Shown: piece after piece, positions 8,688 to 17,276 of the stretch
Numbering within the stretch: the stretch's first letter is position 1
How the letters are laid out: each line of letters begins with the position of its first letter
The notes under the pieces: generated by a model
What the model was told of the DNA's origin: nothing
The model's database searches: none
The model's input: the letters and a program-made list of their open reading frames with translations, nothing else
Translations under genes and position numbers: made by a program
Origin: Patescibacteria group bacterium
GTDB lineage: Bacteria > Patescibacteriota > Microgenomatia > JAMCZE01
NCBI GenBank assembly: GCA_023380635.1
Contig: JAMCRP010000001.1
Coordinates: 173,305-237,304 of the forward strand
DNA length: 64,000 bases
Reading direction: 5' to 3'

Positions 8688-9101
8688 CTAAAACGGTCCC
8701 GCCGGTAAAGTGCTCTTAACTTTCTCCCATTCCTTCTTTTCCCAAATTTCAAAATGATCTCCGGCCCCAACCACCACAACTTCCGGTTTCAACTCAGCAT
8801 ATTTACGCAATTCCACGGGTACAGTAATTCTTCCTTGGGCGTCATATTCAATAACTTCTGCTTCAGAAAAGAACTGGCGACGAACCAGTCTTCCGTCAGC
8901 AGTAAACACCGGCTTATCAAAACCCGCCTGGACCATCTTTTCCCATCCGTCGGGTGAAAAGCCGAATACACATTTGTCAAAGCCTGTAGAAAGAACCAGT
9001 TCTTCGCTTCCGAGAGCTTTGCGAATTTTAGAAGGTAAAGCCATTTGGCCATTTGACAAGAGTTTAACTTCATGTGTGCCTAAAAAATACTTTATATTCA
9101 C
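8688..9101 (-). CDS. mraZ: transcriptional regulator MraZ (GTG start)
   Basis: Two SpoVT/AbrB-like repeats (ALPSKIRKAL, GRITVPVELRKYA). It is the first gene of the dcw block. The start is GTG at 9101-9099. Confidence 0.8.
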   Translation of the reverse strand: MNIKYFLGTHEVKLLSNGQMALPSKIRKALGSEELVLSTGFDKCVFGFSPDGWEKMVQAGFDKPVFTADGRLVRRQFFSEAEVIEYDAQGRITVPVELRKYAELKPEVVVVGAGDHFEIWEKKEWEKVKSTLPAGPF

Positions 9102-9241
9102 GATATTTCACTCTATTTATCTATTCATAACTAGTCTGAACCTTTTTTCACGCCTTGTCAAGCACTATTTTCACTAAAATCTGGTAAGAAGACAGCAAAA
9201 GAAAACAATCCTATAAAAATGAAGCTTATTAGTGGAGTCCG
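9102..9241 (-). promoter_or_regulatory. putative dcw/mraZ promoter region with three GTGAAA(W) direct repeats
   Basis: This AT-rich 140-nt gap is the only sizeable intergenic gap in the left half of the window. GTGAAA occurs on the minus strand at about 9111, 9151 and 9174. Confidence 0.3.
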
Positions 9242-9715
9242 TTACAGAGAGATGGTTCCGGTCCAGATGGAGCCGTCGGAGAAGTCGAGCTCAATTTCCA
9301 CCGAAGTCACGCCGTCGTTACGCACACAAGACTTGGTGGAGCAGGTTCCCAGATCAATGACCTGAGTATAGGTTCCGTTAGTCACCTCTTGTGGTTTCAT
9401 GACCAGGGCGCCCTGGGTGCCTTTATTGCTGGTTTCGTATTGCACAACATAAGTGAGAGTTTTTACAGTGGGGTCGATGCCCTTGGCAGTTAGAGTAAAG
9501 TTATCCAGCCCATTAGCGCTGCGGCCTTTTTTGGCCGTTACCACCAGCTTCTGAACCCATTCCGGCTGAGTCGAAAGGTCCACTTTCTTAATCCCGGTTT
9601 CCGTCACTTCCGGTTTGGGCACAATTGCGGGCTTAGCTTGCGATTTTTGCCAGACGAGAAAACCGCCAACTACTACCAGAAGAAGAACTATTAAAACGGG
9701 CAGTTTATTTTTCAT
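9242..9715 (-). CDS. hypothetical secreted or membrane-anchored protein (157 aa)
   Basis: N-terminal signal/anchor (LPVLIVLLLVVVGGFLV) and a Thr/Ser-rich beta-type C-terminal region. No recognisable domain. Confidence 0.6.
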   Translation of the reverse strand: MKNKLPVLIVLLLVVVGGFLVWQKSQAKPAIVPKPEVTETGIKKVDLSTQPEWVQKLVVTAKKGRSANGLDNFTLTAKGIDPTVKTLTYVVQYETSNKGTQGALVMKPQEVTNGTYTQVIDLGTCSTKSCVRNDGVTSVEIELDFSDGSIWTGTISL

Positions 9716-11070
9716 CCGAGCCTGCTTTTTATCTCTTCAACCAGTGTATCAGCATTTATTCTCTCTTGTAAAGTGGTATCCCGGTCCCGGATGGTGACGG
9801 TATTGTCTTCAAGTGTCTGGTAGTCAACCGTTACGCACCATGGGGTTCCGATTTCGTCCTGGGCCAGATATCTTTTCCCGATATTTCCCCGCTCATCCCA
9901 GACTGCCGGAAAGTGCAGTTTCAGTTCATGGTAAATTTTTTCTGCTTTACCCACTAATTCCGGCTTGTTTTTGACCAACGGGAAGACGGCCACTTTGTAT
10001 GGCGCTAGCTTTGGAGAAAGCTTTAAGACTACCCGCTCTTTTTCCTGATCCTCGGTGTAGGCATCAGCCAAAACCATAAACATCAACCGGTTAATTCCCA
10101 CTGCCGGCTCAATGACATGCGGCACAATCGCTTCTCCCGTCTCAGGATCACGGTAGGTTAAGTCAGCTCCGGAAAACTTGGCGTGCTGGGAAAGATCATA
10201 ATTTGTCCTGTAAGCCACTCCCCATAGCTCTTTCCAGCCAAAGGGATAGTTATAATCCAAGTCGTAGGTATCTTTGCTGTAATGACTGCGCTCTTTGTCC
10301 GAATGCCTTCGCCAGCGCAAATTTGGCTCTTTTACGCCTAAAGTGTTAGTCACAAAATGCCACATGTTCTCTTTCCAGTCTGCCATTAATTTTTCCCAGT
10401 CGTTTTTATCCGGATTAAAGAAATACTCGATTTCCGCCTGTTCAAACTCCAAAGTTCGGAAGATAAACTGCCCCGTAGTTATTTCGTTACGGAAGCTTTT
10501 TCCGATCTGGCCAATTCCAAAAGGCAATTTAACCCTTGTCGAGTCGACAACATTACGGAAATTGGAGAAAATTCCCTGAGCGGTTTCCCCGCGTAAATAG
10601 GCCGCAGATTTATCATCTTCCACTACTCCGATGCTGGTTTCAAATAGCAAATTAAACTTCTTGGGTTCGGTTAATTCGTTTCCTTCGGGGCTTTTAATCC
10701 TGTTCTTAGCAATATATTCTGCCATTTCTTCAAAGGTCATATTGTCCGCTTCCGAACCAATCAAATGATCGGCACGATAGCGTTTGTGAGTTACTTTATC
10801 TTCTACGAGAGGATCGTTGAAGCTAGTCACATGCCCTGAAGCTTCCCAGGTTTTAGGATGAAGAATTATTTGAGAATCTAACCCCACCATGTCGTCTCTT
10901 TTACTGATGAATTCGCTCCACCAGAGATTACGAATATTGCGAAGCAATTCAGCTCCGGCCGGACCATAATCATAGGAGCTAACTAATCCCCCGTAAATTT
11001 CTGAAGTTTGATAGACAAACCCCCGCCTTTTACAAAGCGCCACAATTTTTTGCATCAAATCCTCAGCCAT
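9712..11070 (-). CDS. glyQS: glycyl-tRNA synthetase, alpha2 (class II, archaeal/eukaryal-type) form
   Basis: FVYQTSEIYGGLVSSYDYGPAGAELLRNI, a class II core and a C-terminal anticodon-binding domain; 452 aa. Confidence 0.85.
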   Translation of the reverse strand: MAEDLMQKIVALCKRRGFVYQTSEIYGGLVSSYDYGPAGAELLRNIRNLWWSEFISKRDDMVGLDSQIILHPKTWEASGHVTSFNDPLVEDKVTHKRYRADHLIGSEADNMTFEEMAEYIAKNRIKSPEGNELTEPKKFNLLFETSIGVVEDDKSAAYLRGETAQGIFSNFRNVVDSTRVKLPFGIGQIGKSFRNEITTGQFIFRTLEFEQAEIEYFFNPDKNDWEKLMADWKENMWHFVTNTLGVKEPNLRWRRHSDKERSHYSKDTYDLDYNYPFGWKELWGVAYRTNYDLSQHAKFSGADLTYRDPETGEAIVPHVIEPAVGINRLMFMVLADAYTEDQEKERVVLKLSPKLAPYKVAVFPLVKNKPELVGKAEKIYHELKLHFPAVWDERGNIGKRYLAQDEIGTPWCVTVDYQTLEDNTVTIRDRDTTLQERINADTLVEEIKSRLG

Positions 11071-11091
11071 AAGTAGAGTTTAGCAGGAGAA

Positions 11092-11616
11092 CTATAATTC
11101 CTCAATGATCTTCTTACTTTTGATGCGCCGTTCGGCAACGGATTCGACAAAAGAAGTCAGGCCTTCTTTGGGATAGTGACCGAATGGGAGAAAACCAAGC
11201 TGCCAAAGCAGCTTAGCCGTGAATTCCTTTATTTTATTTTCTTCCAGGTTCTTACCCTTCAGTAATTCCTCTAAAAGCCAGTAAACTTGTTCGTGCGGTT
11301 CATTTTCCGGCAGAAGTTTATCTATTACTTCCGCGGCGTAGAAAGCAAAACCAAGAGATTTAAAATTATTCTGCATTACAAATGGAGTTACTGTTTTGGC
11401 TTCGGTAATAATCTCAAAGTTTTTGCCCCGGTGAAGCATGAGTGCCACTTCGTTTAGCGGTTCCAGGTGCGGCGCCCGGCGGCTTTTTATTCTCCTAATA
11501 CCTTTAGCTACCACTGATAACTTGCCCCGTTCCTTGGTAAACAAGGTGATTACCTTATCGCTTTCCCCAAAATTTATGCGTTTGAGAACAATCCCGGTTA
11601 TTTTCGAAGTCTTCAC
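11092..11616 (-). CDS. recO: DNA repair protein RecO (short form)
   Basis: RecO N-terminal OB-fold signature (GIVLKRINFGESDKVITLFTKERGKLSVVAKG). At 174 aa it is shorter than typical RecO proteins. Confidence 0.55.
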   Translation of the reverse strand: MKTSKITGIVLKRINFGESDKVITLFTKERGKLSVVAKGIRRIKSRRAPHLEPLNEVALMLHRGKNFEIITEAKTVTPFVMQNNFKSLGFAFYAAEVIDKLLPENEPHEQVYWLLEELLKGKNLEENKIKEFTAKLLWQLGFLPFGHYPKEGLTSFVESVAERRIKSKKIIEEL

Positions 11617-11630
11617 GAGGAGATTATACC

Positions 11631-13541
11631 CTACAACTTGACGTTGATTTCCTTATCTTCCGTCAGCGCGAACTCCTGCGATTTATTGTTGACGATTACC
11701 TTGTAGTCAATGCCATCTGTCCCCGGTTGTTTTTGAATCAGGAGATTATAGTTGCCGTTCTTTTTGAAATTGCCGGCAACTTTATACTTAATCTGAATTT
11801 TAGCTAAGCCTTCCGGCACGACCGTAAAGAAGCCGTCAACAACCGTGTGGTCCAGATCATCAAAAGTCTGGCTTTTGCTCTCAAAACCCTTAACATCCGT
11901 AATTGTCGCCCCTTTTGGCAGGTAAACTCGCAGGTAGTCCCGGTATATTCCTGCCAGGCAGAGCCCGGAGACCCGTTCCAAAGAACAGTTATCCGCTGCG
12001 TGGGGATAACGGTATTCAAGATTAAGGGTTTCATCGGCGCCGCTGTCAGTTATCGAAACTTCCTTGGTCACTTTAGGAACAATGTAGAGGTTAGACTTGG
12101 CCCCGGCCAGATTGGCGTCATTGACATGAAGGTAGTCACCGTTATAAGTTTTAATCCGGCCGCCGAAATTCAGAGCCTCAATCCCCCGTTGGGCATCTTC
12201 ATTATGAACATAGAATAGAATGTGTTTTTGCAGAGCTTCGCTCATCGCCGCCTGGAAAAGTGGAGCATAAACCTGTTTACTTCCAGTCATGGCTTTTTTC
12301 ATTAAAGATTGCAGAAGAACCCCGATAATATCTTTGCGGCTGCCCCGTTCGTAGGCTTTTGGCTCATCAGCATATTTTTCCAGTTCATAAATTACCATCG
12401 GACAGTCACACTGCGGAACTTTTGTGGTCGTAAAAGTGGTGCCGTAAGTGTCCACCGGCCCCAAAACATTCATTAGACTCACTAGAACATGGGTGTCCAT
12501 GGCAATGATGCCATCAATGTTTTGCTTGGCATTTGAAGTGGCATACAGATCTTCAAAGGTTTTCATGGAAGAGTAATAATCCGGCGAGAAGTTGGCGTCG
12601 CGCATCCGCCAGCCATAAACATTAAGATATCGGGAAATGGGATCCGGAGGAGCAACATGTTTGGTCATCGTGTCATCAAGTTTGTAAATATCGTCGGAAG
12701 TCTGAAGAGAAATTTTGCCCTTGTCTACCTGAAAAATCGCATAGGCGGTAATAAAACCGCCGGTTGGACGCAGTTCCGCATCATTTTGGAACAAAACCAT
12801 GTACTTTTTTGGCTGCTGGGAACCGAGCATTTCCGGCAACTGCTTGACCATCGGCCGCGCTTCGGTCAAAAGATTGTCAGCCATATCAATTGCTTCTTTC
12901 GCCCCCACAATCTGGCTTCTAATCGGTTTTCCCTGAAAGCTTTCCGGGTAACGGTTCGGGTCGACCTGATCCAGAGCCTTGCGCATCGCACTGACTTTAA
13001 CCGCAATCTGGTCAATCTGAGGTTTAACCTTATCCAGGGTTTCCACCATCATCGCAATCCGTTCTTCAGTAGTTCCCCCGGTGAAGCTTCCCTGGCCTTT
13101 AAGACCCAACAAATCAGCGTATGGCTCAATGGCCGTCGCTGTTATCTGAGCGGCCTCCAAACCCTGCTTACCGGCATCCATGAAGGCAAAAGCATCGTTA
13201 GTGTAACCGCCCAGAAGGGGAATAAATCTAGTCCAGCCAATCAGGTTCAGATCCGATTGAACGACCGTTAACTGCTTTTGTGTCGCGACAACAGCGTCTC
13301 TGGTTTTGGCGATATCCTGAGATTTAGCCGCGTCTTTAATTCCCAGCGCCAACCGATAAGTTGTCTTGGCATCGGCGTAAAGGCGAAACAGCGGTAATCC
13401 TAACGCCAGAACTAAAACCACGACGGCAATTATTAATACTAAAAGCCCTTTTTTATGCGGCAGTTTCTTTTCCGTCATAACCGGTTCGGCTTTCGCCACA
13501 AAGGTTTCATCCGGTTTAATTTCTTTGATTTCTTCTTCCAT
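11631..13541 (-). CDS. large N-terminally membrane-anchored extracytoplasmic protein (DUF4012-like, family assignment unverified)
   Basis: 636 aa with one TM (LLVLIIAVVVLVLALGLPLF) and no catalytic motifs recognised. It lies directly upstream of the glycosylation locus. Confidence 0.5.
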   Translation of the reverse strand: MEEEIKEIKPDETFVAKAEPVMTEKKLPHKKGLLVLIIAVVVLVLALGLPLFRLYADAKTTYRLALGIKDAAKSQDIAKTRDAVVATQKQLTVVQSDLNLIGWTRFIPLLGGYTNDAFAFMDAGKQGLEAAQITATAIEPYADLLGLKGQGSFTGGTTEERIAMMVETLDKVKPQIDQIAVKVSAMRKALDQVDPNRYPESFQGKPIRSQIVGAKEAIDMADNLLTEARPMVKQLPEMLGSQQPKKYMVLFQNDAELRPTGGFITAYAIFQVDKGKISLQTSDDIYKLDDTMTKHVAPPDPISRYLNVYGWRMRDANFSPDYYSSMKTFEDLYATSNAKQNIDGIIAMDTHVLVSLMNVLGPVDTYGTTFTTTKVPQCDCPMVIYELEKYADEPKAYERGSRKDIIGVLLQSLMKKAMTGSKQVYAPLFQAAMSEALQKHILFYVHNEDAQRGIEALNFGGRIKTYNGDYLHVNDANLAGAKSNLYIVPKVTKEVSITDSGADETLNLEYRYPHAADNCSLERVSGLCLAGIYRDYLRVYLPKGATITDVKGFESKSQTFDDLDHTVVDGFFTVVPEGLAKIQIKYKVAGNFKKNGNYNLLIQKQPGTDGIDYKVIVNNKSQEFALTEDKEINVKL

Positions 13542-13555
13542 GAGTTTTCAGGATA

Positions 13556-14194
13556 TCACCATTTGTTAAACATTGCCAAGGGGGTTTTTAAAACGATCAC
13601 AAAGTCTCTCCAGATAGATTTGTTACGGGCATACGCAGCGTCAAGAGCTACCCGTCGATCCCAAGAAATGGCATTACGACCGCTTGTTTGCCAAGGACCA
13701 GTGAGCCCCGGTTTTACCGAAAGCGCTACATCCAATTCCTTTTTTAAGCCTGGAAAGAATTTTAGTTGCTGAGCAATTTCATCACCAAAAATATCATCAT
13801 TTCGATATGCTCTCGGACCAACCATACTCATGTCGCCCGCAAGAATATTCCAAAGATTAGGTAATTCGTCGAGGCTATATTTTCTAATAAATCTTCCCAC
13901 TCTGGTAATCCTGGGATCCTGGTTCGCCGGGAGTTTCCAACCCTCTTTTTTCTTAAAATTCTTCATGAACTCTCTATCTTTGGCCAGCATCTTGTCAACA
14001 TTGTCAAACATAGATCGGAATTTCCAGATAAAAAATATTTTTCCGTCCTTGCCCACTCGCCTCTGTTTATAAATACATGGACCTGGCGAGTCTAATTTAA
14101 TTGCCAAGGCAATTAGAAGAAGTAAAGGAGAAAACAGGGTAATTACAAACAGTGCCGACAGAATATCCGTGGTTCTTTTAAGAATGTCGTACAT
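13556..14194 (-). CDS. small monotopic phosphoglycosyl transferase (bacterial sugar transferase family, PglC/WbaP C-terminal-like): initiating enzyme
   Basis: Membrane re-entrant helix, then KFRSM...DELPNLWNILAGDMSMVGPRA, the hallmark of PF02397 polyprenyl-phosphate hexose-1-P transferases. Confidence 0.85.
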   Translation of the reverse strand: MYDILKRTTDILSALFVITLFSPLLLLIALAIKLDSPGPCIYKQRRVGKDGKIFFIWKFRSMFDNVDKMLAKDREFMKNFKKKEGWKLPANQDPRITRVGRFIRKYSLDELPNLWNILAGDMSMVGPRAYRNDDIFGDEIAQQLKFFPGLKKELDVALSVKPGLTGPWQTSGRNAISWDRRVALDAAYARNKSIWRDFVIVLKTPLAMFNKW

Positions 14195-15293
14195 ATTCGC
14201 GATATTTTCTTTCGGCAGTTTCCTTAAATTCTTTTTTAAACCTTTCTTTCGAAAACCTCTGTGCGTTAGTATTGCAATCTTCTCTGATTACTCTTACTTC
14301 TCTAATTTCTCGGATTTTCGCGGCCAAGCTCTCCGGTTTCGGCTCGTCAAAAAACCAGCCGGTTTTCCCTTCAACTACCGTTTCCGTCACCCCTCCTTTT
14401 TTATATGCAATTACCGGTTTACCATGGGCCTGGGCCTCCACCGCGACAATGTTAAAATCCTCTTCTCCGGGAATTACGACCGCCCGGCAGTTTTCATAAT
14501 ACCGGTTCAGCTCTTCGTCTGTCAAATAGCCCAAAAACTCTATATTCTTTTTTGCCCTCCCCTTCAATCTGTTTTCTTCTTTCCCTGTCCCGATTATTTT
14601 TAGCGGCAACCCCAGCTGGTTAAACGCGCTAACGGCAATATCCAGCCTTTTTTGCGGCGCCAACCGCGAAACAATTAAATAATATTCCCCGGCGTTTGAG
14701 GCTTGAGATTTGCTTGGGATTTGGGATTTGGGATTTGGGATTTCTACTGGTGGATAGATTACTTCGCTCTCCCGATTGTAGATTCGTTTTATCCTTTCCT
14801 GTACTGCCCGAGAAATAGTCAAGTACTGGTCCGGCCTGGCAGCCACAATCCTGTCGTACCAGCGCAAATACTTCACTAACGGATTACTGACGGCCCGAAA
14901 CCAACCCGGCTTGGCAGAAAAATAATCGTCATGACTATCCCAAAGATAACCGACCGGGTTCAGGCAGTAGCAAAGATGGAAAGTTTCGGGCTTAGTAATG
15001 ATCGCCTTTGCAAATTCATGAGTGACGGAAATTACCAAATCATATTTATCAAAATTGAAGCTTTCAAAGGCTAAACCCATTAAATATGGGTACATTTCGT
15101 GTGCATTTTTAGGAAGCGGTAATTTTTGAAGAAAAGATGTCCTCACATCAAAGCTATCAGCCCATGGCGTCAATCTCTTATCATAGACAGAGGTATAGAG
15201 CGGAGCCTCTGGCCAAATCTCATGCAGGGCCAAAAGTAATCTCTCTGCCCCGCCAAACTTATTTATCCGATCGTAAACTAGAGCTACTTTCAT
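14178..15293 (-). CDS. GT4 glycosyltransferase carrying an internal heptanucleotide repeat
   Basis: N-terminal GGAERLL and C-terminal GT4 motifs. A 7-nt x 4 repeat lies at the inter-domain linker. Confidence 0.8.
   Translation of the reverse strand: MKVALVYDRINKFGGAERLLLALHEIWPEAPLYTSVYDKRLTPWADSFDVRTSFLQKLPLPKNAHEMYPYLMGLAFESFNFDKYDLVISVTHEFAKAIITKPETFHLCYCLNPVGYLWDSHDDYFSAKPGWFRAVSNPLVKYLRWYDRIVAARPDQYLTISRAVQERIKRIYNRESEVIYPPVEIPNPKSQIPSKSQASNAGEYYLIVSRLAPQKRLDIAVSAFNQLGLPLKIIGTGKEENRLKGRAKKNIEFLGYLTDEELNRYYENCRAVVIPGEEDFNIVAVEAQAHGKPVIAYKKGGVTETVVEGKTGWFFDEPKPESLAAKIREIREVRVIREDCNTNAQRFSKERFKKEFKETAERKYREYVRHS
14714..14741. repeat. perfect tandem repeat (TTGGGAT)x4 inside a GT4 CDS (coding strand ATCCCAA x4)
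   Basis: Read directly from the sequence: four perfect 7-nt units, in frame at four copies, encoding IPNPKSQIP. One unit more or less would shift the frame. Confidence 0.9.
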
Positions 15294-16338
15294 AAATTTT
15301 ACGAGTTTCCTTTACGCAGCGTTCCCAACTATATGATTTGGCTCTTTTATATCCACGATCTGTTAGTTCTTTCAATTTTTCCTTATCCTTTAGTGTCTCC
15401 TTTATTACTCTGGCAATATCTTTAGGATCATTTTGATTAAAGTAGACCGCTGCGTCGCCATACACTTCATGAAACACAGGAATATCCGAAACGATTGCCG
15501 GGCAGCCAACACTCATGGCTTCCAATGGAGGGATGCCAAAGCCTTCCATTTTCGAAGAGGTGACAAAAGCTGAGGCGTGGCGATACCAGTCAGCTAGCCG
15601 GCTATTGGGCACTTCACCAATAACTTCGACATATTTTGATTTTGGTAGCCGGGGATAGAAAAATTTATCATTCCCTACCAGAACAAGTTTCATTTTTAAA
15701 ATTTCCGCAGCTTTGATCAAGGTCTCAACATTCTTATGCGGATGGGCATTGCCCACATACAGGAGATAGGGTTTGACCGTTAATGGTTTGCCGGGCTTTG
15801 AAGTGCCTTCCAAAGCTCCTGATTCATAAATCACGGAAATCTTATCGGGATCAGCCTTGTAATGTTTTACTATCTCACTTTTAGCGTCATTGGACAGGGT
15901 AAAAATCCTTTCCGCCCGGAAGACACTAACCCAATTAACCAGATGGTAACCGGTTTTTTTAATGACATACAACCAACCGGGCAGCGTCGACCATTTGCCG
16001 GTTTTATAGTGATCAAATATCAAGTCGTGAATAGTAATGACAAATTTGCCGGGATAAAGAATCGGGAAGGAAAAATAGGGGAAATGTAACAGATCCAATT
16101 TTTCCCGGGAGAATATCCAGGGAAGAAGCAGCTGCTCTCTTAGCGTATGCCAGTGGACATCCGCCAGAACTTTTTTCCATTTCGGGCTGGGCATTTCAAC
16201 CGCCTCGAATTCTTTTTTGGAAAAAAACCAGACATATTCGTTTTCTTTATCGATTTCAGGAAGATATTTAAAAATTGAACGAATGTAGCGACCAACACCA
16301 GTTTCGTTCCACAGCCGGGCGTCAATGCCGATCCTCAT
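15259..16338 (-). CDS. GT4 glycosyltransferase
   Basis: N-terminal MRIGIDARLW...GVGRY and a C-terminal E-x7-E-type GT4 domain (EGFGIPPLEAMSVGCP). Confidence 0.8.
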   Translation of the reverse strand: MRIGIDARLWNETGVGRYIRSIFKYLPEIDKENEYVWFFSKKEFEAVEMPSPKWKKVLADVHWHTLREQLLLPWIFSREKLDLLHFPYFSFPILYPGKFVITIHDLIFDHYKTGKWSTLPGWLYVIKKTGYHLVNWVSVFRAERIFTLSNDAKSEIVKHYKADPDKISVIYESGALEGTSKPGKPLTVKPYLLYVGNAHPHKNVETLIKAAEILKMKLVLVGNDKFFYPRLPKSKYVEVIGEVPNSRLADWYRHASAFVTSSKMEGFGIPPLEAMSVGCPAIVSDIPVFHEVYGDAAVYFNQNDPKDIARVIKETLKDKEKLKELTDRGYKRAKSYSWERCVKETRKIYESSSSLRSDK

Positions 16339-17276
16339 TAGTCCCTCCCCCGCCGTAAATAATTGACCAAACCGATTCCGCCAAGCACCGCGCTGCGAAA
16401 CAGTTCTGGGTACTTTTTGCGATAATGTTTATCGTAAAAAATGCGCATCGCGTCATAACGGGCTTGGTTCCACCTTGCCTGATTGTCAGGATCAACTTTG
16501 GCTACGGATTTTGAAGTAGATTTTAAACCCGAACTGGCTCCCCAATAGTGCATAATTTTAACATCCGGAACAAAATAAACTTTGTAGCCCAGCTCCTTTA
16601 CCCGGTAGCACATCTCGATATCTTCGCCATAGGAAAAATAATCCTCGTCAAACCAACCAATCTTGTCTAATAATTTCTTTCGAATTAGTAAAAATGTCCC
16701 GGACACGGCATCAACCTCATGAACTTTGTCTAAAGGTAAATAGGTAGCCGTATAGCCGGAAAACATTTTGCTTTTGGGAAACAGTTTTGCCAGGCCTGTA
16801 AAATAGGCTAATGAGTTCCAAGGTGTGGGAAACCCCCGGTGAGAAGCATAGTATTGACCACCGTTGGGTAATAGCGTCAGGCAGGTGGAAATGCCGGCAT
16901 CAAGAGTATAGTCCATAAACTGAACCATTCGCTCCAGAGTTCCGGGGTATACTTGCGTGTCGGAATTAAGAAACAGAACATACTCCCCTTTTGCCTTTTC
17001 CCTAGCGCAATTATTACCTCGTGTGAATCCGCAATTTTCTTTGTTTTTTATTAACTCCACTTCCGGAAACTCTTTCTGAACCATTATTACTGAGTTGTCC
17101 GTACTGGCGTTATCGATCACTATCACCTGATAGTCCGGACGCGAGGGTATGGAAGCCAAGCACTGCCGCAACAACGCTTCAGTATTGTAGTTGAGAATAA
17201 TAATTGACAATTTAACTTTTGCCGGCAGTTTCTTCATAGATTTTTTCCAGACTGGTAGAAATTTTTCCCCAGTCAT
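16338..17276 (-). CDS. GT2 glycosyltransferase (GT-A fold)
   Basis: LSIIILNYNTEALLRQCLASI...VIVIDNASTDNS and DxD. Confidence 0.8.
   Translation of the reverse strand: MTGEKFLPVWKKSMKKLPAKVKLSIIILNYNTEALLRQCLASIPSRPDYQVIVIDNASTDNSVIMVQKEFPEVELIKNKENCGFTRGNNCAREKAKGEYVLFLNSDTQVYPGTLERMVQFMDYTLDAGISTCLTLLPNGGQYYASHRGFPTPWNSLAYFTGLAKLFPKSKMFSGYTATYLPLDKVHEVDAVSGTFLLIRKKLLDKIGWFDEDYFSYGEDIEMCYRVKELGYKVYFVPDVKIMHYWGASSGLKSTSKSVAKVDPDNQARWNQARYDAMRIFYDKHYRKKYPELFRSAVLGGIGLVNYLRRGRD

Noticed and set aside
12657-13271. 204-aa + strand ORF
   Set aside because: It lies entirely antisense within the well-supported 636-aa minus-strand gene and has a low-complexity translation. It is treated as a shadow ORF.
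14169-14603. 144-aa + strand ORF
   Set aside because: Antisense to the GT4 and PGT genes, Phe-rich shadow frame.
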